Virus record (IMG/VR): IMGVR_UViG_3300036816_000028
Location: 1 to 53,375 of that record
Origin: a virus
Lineage: Duplodnaviria > Caudoviricetes
Direction: 5' to 3' (one strand)
Length of the DNA: 53,375 nucleotides
A program made the translations under genes and the position numbers. The notes under the pieces are model-generated. The model was not told the DNA's origin, searched no databases, and worked only from the letters and a program-made list of their open reading frames with translations. Of the stretch, positions 37,001 through 45,669 are shown in pieces. The number at the start of each line of letters is the position of its first letter. Position 1 is the stretch's first letter.

Positions 37001-37283
37001 GGTCCACGCCCTGCGCGCGGCGGGCCAGGTGTCCGGAGACTGGCGCCGGATCGGCTCCGCGCTGCGCTTGGTCGGTCTCCTGGCCGTCAACGTCCCCGGT
37101 TTCCCGGTGCCGAAGATGGCCACGCGGGTGACTGCGTCGGCTGCCGGGTCCGAAGTCCAGACCGCACTGGTGGCCGCCGGGCGCCCGCCGGTCGCGCACG
37201 GCACCACGGAGAAGGAGCTGATCCAGGCGTCCTTCCGGACGGTCATGGACGCGCTGTCCCGCGGTGTCCACAGCGAGAGCTGA
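34044..37283 (+). CDS. 2H phosphoesterase + MuF-like + capsid maturation protease fusion (1079 aa)
   Basis: HLTL...HICA 2H motifs; LDSNTCGPCRAIDG...CAGGSACRG MuF; TGDGREF, GVSID, ATLCDIPAFAEA protease; C-terminal SGDWR domain. Confidence 0.8.
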   Translation: MPAHDHFTGAHNAITADASSDHLSGCMVALMPTEQDAARMAVDGGEAAADLHLTLAYLGPDANAWDDAARTELTGFLRSVIQSSEFGSWNSFTAKVFGAAHWNGDGDSPAWVWSVGDQPDDDSMDHDGDALEDYHDLVFDALESGHDHPDLPAPHSPWVAHICAAYSADDAFLPLLEAKLGTVTFDRLRLSFGDDDTDIPLNTDVAMSGPLTAAGMRRKPKGFESASTVDFALMDSSWKAAVDRAYVAWMAILSAQRQELTDQVKAAVDGGDFADLAAMTVSTAAAVDLLSEHMARFAQTAGQQQEHEADRQGVAVPPWALTDDDPEGVTASLSSAAKSFLSRMRAYASVVASSLANRMVSSASQRSITLAEADADGAAVARDVETYLADHPKAYVRQGIAAAMTMAQNTGRLAVLTAAPPGSYYASEMLDSNTCGPCRAIDGKEFATLNAAEDAYPAGGYVDCAGGSACRGTMVTVWDAGQTASATPKEGIVAETEDLGGKPNPGTKKDKRLKENDQGKAKAVGDADHFAAGASVSDKPWDGAASRFNDDQWKRATAACDGDGTPKEACFLPHHEPDGTLNRNGLHAAAQRVGSVTGRSPAAVAHAKSHLRNHYSQIGEDAPDSIAATLGDAVEMALAPADPDAVMPASDSNTAPWRGPLAVEGKTTGDGREFAAGSLTWRDLPVPLRWNKEDSHGGEAHTVAVNVGRIDKIWREGDLVMGEGVFNLAEADGQRAHDLVKGQFLRGVSIDADSISDKDVEYVWPDVGPEDGDGEDMDILDLLFAQPEKVLFHAGRISAATLCDIPAFAEAYVALLDSEGAVTAGGTPAGAQGGGGYAVRGVRARTVDGLTAAISAPDWKPPAEWFANPQLSLPTGIQVTDDGRVYGHAATWGSCHIGQADVCVQPPREENHPYYMTGEVVTADGGRVSVGQITVGTGHAPLSMGAVPATEHYDHTGHAVADVHVGNDEHGIWVAGAIRPGAPADLVHALRAAGQVSGDWRRIGSALRLVGLLAVNVPGFPVPKMATRVTASAAGSEVQTALVAAGRPPVAHGTTEKELIQASFRTVMDALSRGVHSES

Positions 37284-37325
37284 TCTGGCATCCTGATGAA
37301 GCTACCCCGACAGGAGGTGATCGAC

Positions 37326-37385
37326 ATGGCTTGTGGTTGCGGCGGCCAGCTCCCCCCGCCCCCTCCGACTCCCGACCACACCTGA
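37326..37385 (+). CDS. 19-aa peptide MACGCGGQLPPPPPTPDHT
   Basis: AGGAGGTGATC RBS (near-perfect anti-SD match); followed by terminator. Confidence 0.6.
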   Translation: MACGCGGQLPPPPPTPDHT

Positions 37386-37397
37386 TCCACCCCGGAC

Positions 37398-37432
37398 GGA
37401 GCCCTCACCGCATCCCCCACGGTGAGGGCTCC
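37398..37432. terminator. Bidirectional terminator
   Basis: Perfect 13-bp stem GGAGCCCTCACCG/CGGTGAGGGCTCC between convergent genes. Confidence 0.8.
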
Positions 37433-37439
37433 TTCGCGT

Positions 37440-37904
37440 TCACGTCGCGCTGGGCGTGACCGACCTGTCCAGGTCGGCCTTCAGCGTGTTCATGTCCTTC
37501 AGGGCGGTGTCCGCATCGGAGTTGAAGCCGGTTATATCCCCGTTGTCGATGTCGTCGGCCAGCGTCAGGGAGTCGTCCATGACCCGGTCGTACGACATGT
37601 CCAGCTCCGGATGTCCCGTGGGCGGCCGGACGGCCAGCCCTTCCTTCGCGGTCGTGCGGAGCTTCGCGGCGTCGCCGGTTGCCTGGAGCTGGGAGAGCGT
37701 CGCTCCGTGGGCTCCCAGGTCGACGTAAGTACGGCCCAGCTCCCCCAGGGGACCGGCCGCCTGGCCGTACCAGTCGGCCAGCGGCTGCGCGGTCGCGGAC
37801 GGCCGGACCACCGGCGCCGGGCTGGCAGCCGGATGGCCGGACCCCCCGCACGCCACCGCGCCCAGGAGCAGGAACGGAACCAGAATGAATTCTTTGTGCC
37901 GCAT
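37440..37904 (-). CDS. Lipoprotein (moron-like, antisense within head module)
   Basis: MRHK-hydrophobic-GAVA/C lipobox, Pro/Ala tether, helical body. Confidence 0.75.
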   Translation of the reverse strand: MRHKEFILVPFLLLGAVACGGSGHPAASPAPVVRPSATAQPLADWYGQAAGPLGELGRTYVDLGAHGATLSQLQATGDAAKLRTTAKEGLAVRPPTGHPELDMSYDRVMDDSLTLADDIDNGDITGFNSDADTALKDMNTLKADLDRSVTPSAT

Positions 37905-38016
37905 TGATTAATTCCTTTCATTTCGATGGATCGCATTATTGCACGACCTTTGGAATTAAGGGAAACGGCCTGCTACCTTCATCGCAAACATCATTTCCGT
38001 TCGGCGGAGGTCAACC

Positions 38017-39804
38017 GTGCCCGAACAGTTCGAGAAGACCGACAAGTACCCGGCGCCGGATGACCTCACCACGGTTTCCGACGCCGACCTTCAGGAGCTG
38101 GAGACGGAGTTCGTCGGCTCCTTCGACGCAGTCCACAATCTCCAGGACTTCACCCCGGAGATGGTGGAGTACGCGATGGGCCTCCGGAACGACCTGGACC
38201 GGATCAAGGCGGAGCTGTCCGCCAGGGCCGTCCGCGCCCAGACCCAGGCGACCCAGGCCAAGCTGAAGGCGGACCGCCAGATGGCGGAGCTGAAGGAGGC
38301 CGTCCACGGACCGGCCGAAGGCTCCCCGGAGGCTGTCGCAGCGGCGGCCATCGACCAGTCCAAGCGGGACGCCGCGCTGGCGGAGGTGGTCTCCACGTCG
38401 GTCGTCAAGGGCTTCATGGAGATCCTGGGCGACCGCGCGGGCAAGGAGATCGTCAAGGGTGCACGCGGCGGGGCCGTCGTCGCCTCCCTGGGTGCCACCG
38501 CGGCGAAGGCGCCGAAGCCTGGCGTCCCGTCGCAGCGCCTGGCCATCACCGCGGCGGGCTCCGGCCAGGATCTCCCGTCCCTGGACGCGCTGGCCGCGGA
38601 GTTCACCCGCATGGCCCAGGGCGTGCCGACCACCCGCCTGGGCGGGAACGCGCCCGTCTACCCGGTGGCGAAGGTCCGGAACGACTTCGAACACACCGTC
38701 GACAGTCGGACCTCCCCGGGTGAGGTGGAGGAGATCTGGCGCAAGCTGGTCAACCGCGAGACCCAGGAAGCCCTGGTGGCCGGTGGTGGGTGGTGTGCCC
38801 CGTCGGAGGTCATGTACGACTTTTTCAACATCGCTGACAGTGACGGCGCGATCGACCTCCCCACGGTCGGCGTGAGCCGGGGCGGCATCCGCTTCCCGGT
38901 CTCCCCGTCCATCGGTGACGTGTTCTTCCAGAACGCGGGCACCAACCCGGCGTCCGGCTTCGGCGGTTTCGCCTTCCCGTTCAGCAACGCTTCCGACCCG
39001 TGGCTGTGGACGGAGGCCGATGACATCGCGACCGTCACCGGCTCCGTGAACAAGCCGACGCTCCGCGTCCCCTGCGCCAGCTTCAACGAAGTGCGGCTGG
39101 AGGCGTACGGCCTCACGGTCACCGCGGGCAACCTGACCGACAGCGCGTACCCGGAGGCCACCCGGAACTTCATCCGGCTCCTGCGCGCAGCCTACGCGCA
39201 CGCGATCAATGCGCGGCTGATCGGGCTCATGGACACCGCGTCCGGCAGCACGAACACCATCGGCGCCATCACGACCGACCCGGCCGCGCCGCGCATCTTC
39301 AACGCGGTGGCCCTGGCCGCCACGGACTACCGCGCGAAGTACGCGATGAACACGAACGCGGTGCTGGAGGTCATCATCCCCTACTGGGTCCGGGAGGTCA
39401 TCCGGGCCGACCTGGCGTACAAGCAGGGGATCAACTCCACGGAACTCCTGGCCGTCATCGACTCCCAGATCGACGCGTTCTTCACGGCGCGCAAGGTCCG
39501 GGTCCAGTGGGTGAACGACTACCAGGTCCGCGGCTCCGGCCAGTTCGGCGCGGCGGTCCAGACCACGTGGCCCACCACTGTGAACTTCATGGTCTACGCG
39601 GCCGGGACGTTCCTCCACGGGACCGGCCTCCAGTTGGACCTGGGCGTCGTCCGTGACTCCGTCCTGAACGCGGAGAACGACTTCACCGCGGCCTGGGCGG
39701 AGGAGGCGCACCTGATCGCGATGGTGGGCCACGCCAGCCGGAAGTACACGGTGGCCTTCCAGGTCAACGGCGCCAGCGGTGGCGGCACCACCGCGCGCGT
39801 CTGA
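38017..39804 (+). CDS. Major capsid (hexamer) protein with N-terminal scaffold-like region
   Basis: LVAGGGWCAPSE..YD, DLPTVGVSRGGIRF, LDLGVVRDSVLN motifs; helical N-terminus. Confidence 0.88.
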   Translation: MPEQFEKTDKYPAPDDLTTVSDADLQELETEFVGSFDAVHNLQDFTPEMVEYAMGLRNDLDRIKAELSARAVRAQTQATQAKLKADRQMAELKEAVHGPAEGSPEAVAAAAIDQSKRDAALAEVVSTSVVKGFMEILGDRAGKEIVKGARGGAVVASLGATAAKAPKPGVPSQRLAITAAGSGQDLPSLDALAAEFTRMAQGVPTTRLGGNAPVYPVAKVRNDFEHTVDSRTSPGEVEEIWRKLVNRETQEALVAGGGWCAPSEVMYDFFNIADSDGAIDLPTVGVSRGGIRFPVSPSIGDVFFQNAGTNPASGFGGFAFPFSNASDPWLWTEADDIATVTGSVNKPTLRVPCASFNEVRLEAYGLTVTAGNLTDSAYPEATRNFIRLLRAAYAHAINARLIGLMDTASGSTNTIGAITTDPAAPRIFNAVALAATDYRAKYAMNTNAVLEVIIPYWVREVIRADLAYKQGINSTELLAVIDSQIDAFFTARKVRVQWVNDYQVRGSGQFGAAVQTTWPTTVNFMVYAAGTFLHGTGLQLDLGVVRDSVLNAENDFTAAWAEEAHLIAMVGHASRKYTVAFQVNGASGGGTTARV

Positions 39805-39841
39805 TCCACCCCCGACGGCTTCGACAGAAAGGCGGTGAACA

Positions 39842-40783
39842 GTGGCCGCAGCACGTCAGATCGTTGACGGTCCTTCGTTCACACCGCTGCCGTACGGGCT
39901 CTGGTCCGCTGTCGAGCACCCCACTCCGACCGGTCCGCACTGGCAGAACGGTGTGACCTGGTCGGAGTGGTGCGGCGGTGGCGGTACGACCTATGACCCG
40001 TGCCTGGCTGTGACGGGTACGGGTGGTTCTCCGGCCGGGGGCGGTCCGGGAACCCAGGCTCCGCTGGCGGGGAACATCACCCAGACCAACCGGGGCGCCA
40101 CGTCCTTCACCGTCTACGCGGAGTTCGACTGCTCCGCGGTCGGCAGTGTGGGCGATGCCCGGCAGGTGGCCGAAGACGCTCTGAACAGGGTGGAACAGTG
40201 GCAGGTGGGCGCGGCCTTCTGGACCGGTACCGCGGGCGCGACCGCTGCGGGGCCGACGCCCCAGAAGACCGTGTTCCCCCACCTGGCCGCCGCTTCGTCC
40301 TTCACGGAGGCCGGTACCGGGATCGTCATGCAGCCCGCGGCGTCCATCGTCGCTACCGGAACCGGCGATGATGCGGCCATCACTATGGGCCAGTTGGAGG
40401 GGGCGCTGGCCGACTGCTACCACGGCCAGGGTCTGATCCATGTGGCTTTCGAAGCGCTGGCCACCCTGGAGGCGTTCAAGCTGGCCAAGCGCGACCCGGC
40501 CGACCCGACCAAGCTGTACAGCCCGGCCGGTCACCGGATCGTCGTGGACTCCGGTTACCCGGGCACCGGGCCCGACGGGGCGTCCGCCCCGGCGGCCACA
40601 TCGTGGGTCTACGGCACCGGCGCCATGTTCGGGTACCGCGGCCAGGTGATGATCCCCACCCAGCTCTACCAGTCCTTCGACCGGACGGAGAACACCGTCC
40701 GGATGATTGCACAGCGGACCTACCTTCTCGGGTGGGATTGCTGCCTGTTCGCGGCCCGGCTCAACCTGGGCGTGTCCCAGTAA
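39842..40783 (+). CDS. Capsid pentamer-type protein
   Basis: Follows hexamer gene; PYGL, HWQNGVTW, FTVYAEFDCS, N..RMIAQRTY motifs. Confidence 0.7.
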   Translation: MAAARQIVDGPSFTPLPYGLWSAVEHPTPTGPHWQNGVTWSEWCGGGGTTYDPCLAVTGTGGSPAGGGPGTQAPLAGNITQTNRGATSFTVYAEFDCSAVGSVGDARQVAEDALNRVEQWQVGAAFWTGTAGATAAGPTPQKTVFPHLAAASSFTEAGTGIVMQPAASIVATGTGDDAAITMGQLEGALADCYHGQGLIHVAFEALATLEAFKLAKRDPADPTKLYSPAGHRIVVDSGYPGTGPDGASAPAATSWVYGTGAMFGYRGQVMIPTQLYQSFDRTENTVRMIAQRTYLLGWDCCLFAARLNLGVSQ

Positions 40784-40794
40784 AGGGGTGAGAA

Positions 40795-41496
40795 ATGGCC
40801 ACCACATCGTCCTGTGCAACACCGATCAAGGGCACGATGTACCGCATGGTGAAGCTGGACACGTGCGGCAACCCCGTTACGGGGACGGGCTCCATCCAGA
40901 TCGTGGGGAAGGGCTTCATCCAGGTCCAGATGGAGCCGCAGTACGAAGACGGGACGGAGTTCTTCGAGCGCACCGCGGACGGCTCCGTGTGCGTGAACCA
41001 GAAGGACGACCCGGTCCTGAAGCGACTCCAGCTCACGATGGACTTCTGCGAGATCAACACCACGGGCGCGTCCTACATGATGTCCGCCCGGGAGCTGGTC
41101 GTGACCAACACCGGGTACGGCTTCGCGGTGGCGGAAGGGCTGTCGTCCAACCGCTTCAGCTTGGAACTGTGGCAGCAAGTGGCGGGCGCCGGGGCGTGCG
41201 ACCCGTCCGGTCTCCAGCGGTACATCTACCACGCGTTCCCGAACTGTGGCGCGTCGAAGATCGGCTCCTACACCGTGGAGAACGACCGCGGCACGCTTCA
41301 GATCATCTGTGAGACACGCGCCGCTTCGACGGCCGCGAACATCGGGTGGCTGGACGGACCCGGTTCCGTGTCCTGGCTCCCCGCCGGAACGGTGAACCAG
41401 GCCGGTGGCGGCACGGGCATCCTGGACCACTGGCTGTTCAACATCACCACCGTCTCCCCGCCGACGGCGGCCTGTTCGCCCCAGGCCATCACGTGA
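40795..41496 (+). CDS. Major tail (tube) protein
   Basis: RMVKLDTCG, EDGTEF...ADGSVC, FSLELW motifs. Confidence 0.75.
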   Translation: MATTSSCATPIKGTMYRMVKLDTCGNPVTGTGSIQIVGKGFIQVQMEPQYEDGTEFFERTADGSVCVNQKDDPVLKRLQLTMDFCEINTTGASYMMSARELVVTNTGYGFAVAEGLSSNRFSLELWQQVAGAGACDPSGLQRYIYHAFPNCGASKIGSYTVENDRGTLQIICETRAASTAANIGWLDGPGSVSWLPAGTVNQAGGGTGILDHWLFNITTVSPPTAACSPQAIT

Positions 41497-41801
41497 TCCC
41501 GATCCTCCAGCCTCCGGCGCAGCGATGGGAGTGCCCGAACTGTACCGTCACATCAGTGACGTACGGCCAGGACAACCGCTTCCACCGCTGCGCCGGGCTG
41601 GGCGGCCTCACGGTCGCCATGGTCCGGTCCGGCCTCCACTGCAAGGTGGAGGCCGTGGTCCGGGAGGACTTCGTGGGGGCGGAGGACGTCACCTACGACG
41701 CGGCCGGGCGGCCGATCACCGCCGTGGTCACCACGCGGGACGACGGGAACGACGTCACCGTCTACGCGCCGACCGCGCACATGGAGGGGAACGGGTCGTG
41801 A
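41493..41801 (+). CDS. Hypothetical Cys/His protein (102 aa)
   Basis: GTGA overlaps; WECPNC...FHRC. Confidence 0.65.
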   Translation: MIPILQPPAQRWECPNCTVTSVTYGQDNRFHRCAGLGGLTVAMVRSGLHCKVEAVVREDFVGAEDVTYDAAGRPITAVVTTRDDGNDVTVYAPTAHMEGNGS

Positions 41802-42277
41802 GCTGGACCGCAAGCGCCATCTTCCGGGAGTGGCCGAACCAGACCTTCCAGGCGTCCGGCACCGGGTACACCGGTCTGGACTCCGACACGGTCAAGGCCG
41901 CTCTGTACAACAACACCGGCACGCCGGACAAGGACGCCGCGGTGGCGTCGGCCGGGTACAACACCGGCCAGTGGGTGACGGCCAACGAGGTGACCGGAGC
42001 GTCGGAGTGGGTCGCCGGTGGCCGCGCACTGGCGTCCAAGACCTTCACCAGCCCGGCCAGTGGGACGTTCATGTTCGACGCGGCCGACCTGACCGGTACC
42101 GCGACCGTGACCATGGCCAACGTCTACGGCTGCCTGGTCTACGACGACACGATCAGCGGCGGGACCGTGGCCAAACAGGGTGTGTCCTTCCATTACTTCG
42201 GCGGGGCGCAGTCGGTGACCGCCGGAACCTTCTCGATCATGTGGAACGCGAACGGTCTGCTCCGCATCACCGTGTGA
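41798..42277 (+). CDS. Virion structural protein (159 aa)
   Basis: LDSDTVKAALY...NEV...FDAAD...FSIMWNANG beta-rich pattern. Confidence 0.7.
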   Translation: MSWTASAIFREWPNQTFQASGTGYTGLDSDTVKAALYNNTGTPDKDAAVASAGYNTGQWVTANEVTGASEWVAGGRALASKTFTSPASGTFMFDAADLTGTATVTMANVYGCLVYDDTISGGTVAKQGVSFHYFGGAQSVTAGTFSIMWNANGLLRITV

Positions 42278-42291
42278 GGGGCTGACCGGCC

Positions 42292-43593
42292 ATGGCCACC
42301 ACGTTCGTGAAGAAGGCGTCCGGCCAGTCCGGCTCCGCCTCCCTGACGCTCCCCCTGACCATGGCGTCCGCTCCGACGGCCGGAAACCTTCTGGTCTTCG
42401 CCATGGCCGGGGACAAGAACACCGGCGCTCTGACCCTGGTGGGGTTCACCCAGCTCCAGTCCCTGCTCTCTGCGTCGGTGTCCCTGTACCTGGCCTGGAA
42501 GGTGGCCGACGGTACAGAAACGGCCATCACTCCCACCTGGGCCACGGCGTCGGCCACCGGGAACGTGGCCTGGTACGGGGAGTTCAACGACCCGGCCGTG
42601 ACCGGTGCGGCGGCCTGGCAGATCTCCGCCCAGGCCAGCCACATCACCGATGAGACGAACGTGACCTCCTGGTCCACCGGGACGACCGGGACCACGTCGG
42701 CCGCCGGGCTGGGGTTGTCGGTCATCTGCATGGACTCCGCCGACTCCGTCACCGACGGGACGACCGCCTGGACGAACAGCTTCGCCGCACTGTTCACCAC
42801 GCTGGCCTCCGCCGGTGCGCGCGGAGGGCTGCACCTGGGGAACGCCCAGATCTCCTCCGGTGTCACCGCGGAGTCCACCTTCAGCTACACCCCTTCCGCG
42901 ACGCTGCGGGACCAGCTCTCCGGCGCCCTGGCAGTCTTCAGCCTGGTCCCGCTGCCGACGGACAGTGCCATGGCGGAGTCCCCTACCGCGACCGGCTCCT
43001 CCTTCGGAGCGTCCACCGCGCTGGCCGTCAGCACAGACGCCCCTACCGCGACCGGCTCCTCCTTCGGAGCGTCCACCGCGCTGGCCGTCAGCACAGACGC
43101 CCCTACCGCGACTGGAGCGGCTTTCGACATCGCGGCGGGCCCGGCAGTGCTCCCCGTGGCGCCGGTCGCCACCGGAGCGGCCTTCGATGCGGGCGGCACC
43201 GCGCTGGGCGTCGGCACGGATACCACCGGGGCGTCCGGAGCGTCCTTCGACACGGGCGGCATCGCGCTGGGAACCTCCGCGGCGGCGCCCGGCGCCACGG
43301 GGAGCGCCTGGGATGTGTCGTCCGGTCTCCTGGTCCAGCCGGACACCGTCCAGGCCACTGGAGCGGCGTACAGCGCTTCGGTGTCGGTCGCTGTGACCGT
43401 GACAGCCGCCGCTGGAGCGGCGTCGGCCGTCGGAGTCGCCTTCGACGTTCGGTCCAGCTCCCCCCAGACACCGATCCGACTGCGGATCAGCGGCAAGGAA
43501 CCGTCCGGCCGGACCGGGGGCTATCAGCCGGTATCCTCCTGGGCAGGACGCGAGCCGTCCAGCCGTGCGGAAGGATCGGAGGCGGGGTCGTAG
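42292..43593 (+). CDS. Ser/Thr/Ala-rich virion fibre/decoration protein with ~20-aa repeats
   Basis: 433 aa; repeated xAPTATGxxFx units. Confidence 0.7.
   Translation: MATTFVKKASGQSGSASLTLPLTMASAPTAGNLLVFAMAGDKNTGALTLVGFTQLQSLLSASVSLYLAWKVADGTETAITPTWATASATGNVAWYGEFNDPAVTGAAAWQISAQASHITDETNVTSWSTGTTGTTSAAGLGLSVICMDSADSVTDGTTAWTNSFAALFTTLASAGARGGLHLGNAQISSGVTAESTFSYTPSATLRDQLSGALAVFSLVPLPTDSAMAESPTATGSSFGASTALAVSTDAPTATGSSFGASTALAVSTDAPTATGAAFDIAAGPAVLPVAPVATGAAFDAGGTALGVGTDTTGASGASFDTGGIALGTSAAAPGATGSAWDVSSGLLVQPDTVQATGAAYSASVSVAVTVTAAAGAASAVGVAFDVRSSSPQTPIRLRISGKEPSGRTGGYQPVSSWAGREPSSRAEGSEAGS
42980..43112 (+). repeat. Perfect 60-bp tandem repeat (2 full copies plus partial)
   Basis: 42981-43040 identical to 43041-43100. 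Confidence 0.95.
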
Positions 43594-43928
43594 TGGCGGA
43601 CATCACCCTGGGCCCGTACGTCGTCGGCGAGAAGCCCGCGCCGCTGGAGTACACCTTCCTGGACAGCTCCGGTACGCCGCTGGACCTGACGGGCTACACG
43701 GCGGCCTTCCGGTGCCAGGAGCGTTTCACGCCCGGCGCCTTCGACGGAACGGCCGCCATCCCCACCGGCACGGACGGGATCGTGGTGTACACCTGGACCG
43801 GCAGCGAGTTCCCAACGTCCGGCCGGTACTTCGCGGAGCTGTGGGCCGGAAACGGGACCAACCGCTTCGCTTCCCTGCGTATCCGGTTCGAAGTGGCCGC
43901 GCCCGTTGGCGACGTCCCGTCCGTCTGA
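43593..43928 (+). CDS. BppU-like Ig-fold structural protein
   Basis: PLDLTGYT...GIVVYTW...GRYFAELW. Confidence 0.65.
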   Translation: MADITLGPYVVGEKPAPLEYTFLDSSGTPLDLTGYTAAFRCQERFTPGAFDGTAAIPTGTDGIVVYTWTGSEFPTSGRYFAELWAGNGTNRFASLRIRFEVAAPVGDVPSV

Positions 43929-43937
43929 GAGGCTGCC

Positions 43938-44741
43938 GTGACCGCTGACTTCGGACCCTGTTCCGCCTGGGACCCCATCTGGCCGTGCGACATCTCCACC
44001 TGGTCCCCGGCTGCCACCGGCCTGGCCGCTGAAGCGGCTACGTCGATCGTCTGGGCGATGTCCGGCCGTCGGTTCGGCACCTGCTCCGTGACGCTCCGAC
44101 CGTGCCGCCAGTCCTGCTACGGCAGTGGCTGGGAGGGTTGGTCCCAGTTCTCCCGCTGGTCGAACACCTACACGTCCCCGCTGGTCTACGGTGCTGGGCG
44201 GTTCGGCTGGTGGTTCGACACGGAGTGCGGCTGCGGGGCGGTGTGCGGGTGCTCCCGGCTGTCCCAGGTGGAGCTTCCGGCGCCGGTGAACTCGATCACG
44301 ACCGTCCTCCTGGACGGAGCGGCCATGCCCGCTTCCGGCTACCGGGTGGACGACAACCGGTGGCTGGTCCGTACGAACGGCGGCCGGTGGCCGCGCTGCA
44401 ACGATCTGACGAAGGACGACACCCAGCCGGGTACGTGGTCGGTCACCGCGCTGTACGGAGAGGACGTCCCCACCGGAGGCCGGATCGCGGTCGGCGAGAT
44501 GGCCTGTGAGTACCTGAAGGCCATGGACGGCCAGGACTGCTCCCTCCCGCCGGGCGTGACCCAGCTCGCACGCCAGGGCGTGACGATCGAGCTTCCCCAG
44601 CCGTCGGAGCTGTTCAAGGACGGGCAGACCGGACTGTACACCGTGGACGCCTTCATCGCGTCCGTGAACCCCCACGGGCTGGTCCGACGCTCCCGGGTCT
44701 ACCGGGTGGACGGCCGCCCGCCGCGGAGGGCCGGAACATGA
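43938..44741 (+). CDS. Head-to-tail adaptor
   Basis: WAMSGRRFG.C.VTLRPC, LARQGVTI, TGLYTVDAFIASVNP. Confidence 0.8.
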   Translation: MTADFGPCSAWDPIWPCDISTWSPAATGLAAEAATSIVWAMSGRRFGTCSVTLRPCRQSCYGSGWEGWSQFSRWSNTYTSPLVYGAGRFGWWFDTECGCGAVCGCSRLSQVELPAPVNSITTVLLDGAAMPASGYRVDDNRWLVRTNGGRWPRCNDLTKDDTQPGTWSVTALYGEDVPTGGRIAVGEMACEYLKAMDGQDCSLPPGVTQLARQGVTIELPQPSELFKDGQTGLYTVDAFIASVNPHGLVRRSRVYRVDGRPPRRAGT

Positions 44742-45250
44742 TCCAGGGCGATGACCGGTGGTGGCAGGTGGCCAGTCGGGTGGTCACGGCGGTGTACGCC
44801 GGGCTGGCGGTGGCGCCGGAGCGGTACGGCGTTGTCCCGGGCGCGGTTGCCTGGGACGACTGTGACTGTGGCCTCCTGGCCGTCTCCTGGACGCTGTCCT
44901 ACCCCAGCGACGTCTTCCCGGCCGAACAGGCGGGCGTGAACGGGAACTGTGACTCCGCTTGGGAGGTGTCGGAGTTCCTGATTCAGATCATCCGGTGCGC
45001 GCCGGGTCCGGGACCGAACGCCAACGCTCCGACGGTCAAGGCGCTCTCCGACGCGGCCCGCCTCCAGGACACCGACGGGAACCAGGTCGTGCGGTCCCTG
45101 TCCGCGCTCCTGTGCACGATGAAGGACGCATACGACATTGACGACTTCCTGGTGACCCGGCGCACCCCGCTGGGGCCGGAGGGCGGCTGCGTCGGCAGTG
45201 AACAGCGCTTCCTGGTCGCGCTCCCCCGCATCGTTCCGGCTACCGTGTAG
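44738..45250 (+). CDS. Tail terminator/completion-like protein
   Basis: AWDDC, IIRCAP, GPEGGCVG; position. Confidence 0.65.
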   Translation: MIQGDDRWWQVASRVVTAVYAGLAVAPERYGVVPGAVAWDDCDCGLLAVSWTLSYPSDVFPAEQAGVNGNCDSAWEVSEFLIQIIRCAPGPGPNANAPTVKALSDAARLQDTDGNQVVRSLSALLCTMKDAYDIDDFLVTRRTPLGPEGGCVGSEQRFLVALPRIVPATV

Positions 45251-45252
45251 CC

Positions 45253-45627
45253 ATGGCGGAGTTTCTGACGATCAACGCGACGGCCACCGAACGGCTGGCC
45301 GTCAACTCCTCCCGGTCGATCACCGCACGGAAGACCGCGGCTGTGGCCGGTATCGCCCGGATGATCGCGCCCGGCTCCATGAAGCAGAGCATCCGGGCCA
45401 TTCCCGGCGCCGGGGTCTCCCCCATCGGGATCGTGGTCTGCGACCACCCGGCGGCCGTCTACGTCATCCATGGCACGAAGGCTCACGTGATCAAGCCGAA
45501 GAAAGGCAAGTACCTGGCATTCCAGCCGAAGGGCGGAGGGAACACCGTCTTCGCGCGGATCGTCCACCACCCCGGTACGAAGCCCAACAACTTCATGCTC
45601 CGGGCGCTCCGGCTCACCCCGCGCTGA
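45253..45627 (+). CDS. Neck/tail-completion protein (HK97 gp10-like)
   Basis: HGTKAHVIKP...VHHPGTKPNNFMLRAL. Confidence 0.7.
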   Translation: MAEFLTINATATERLAVNSSRSITARKTAAVAGIARMIAPGSMKQSIRAIPGAGVSPIGIVVCDHPAAVYVIHGTKAHVIKPKKGKYLAFQPKGGGNTVFARIVHHPGTKPNNFMLRALRLTPR

Positions 45628-45669
45628 CTCCGGAAAGATCTTGGTCCGGACCGCGTTAGCGTCTTGACC

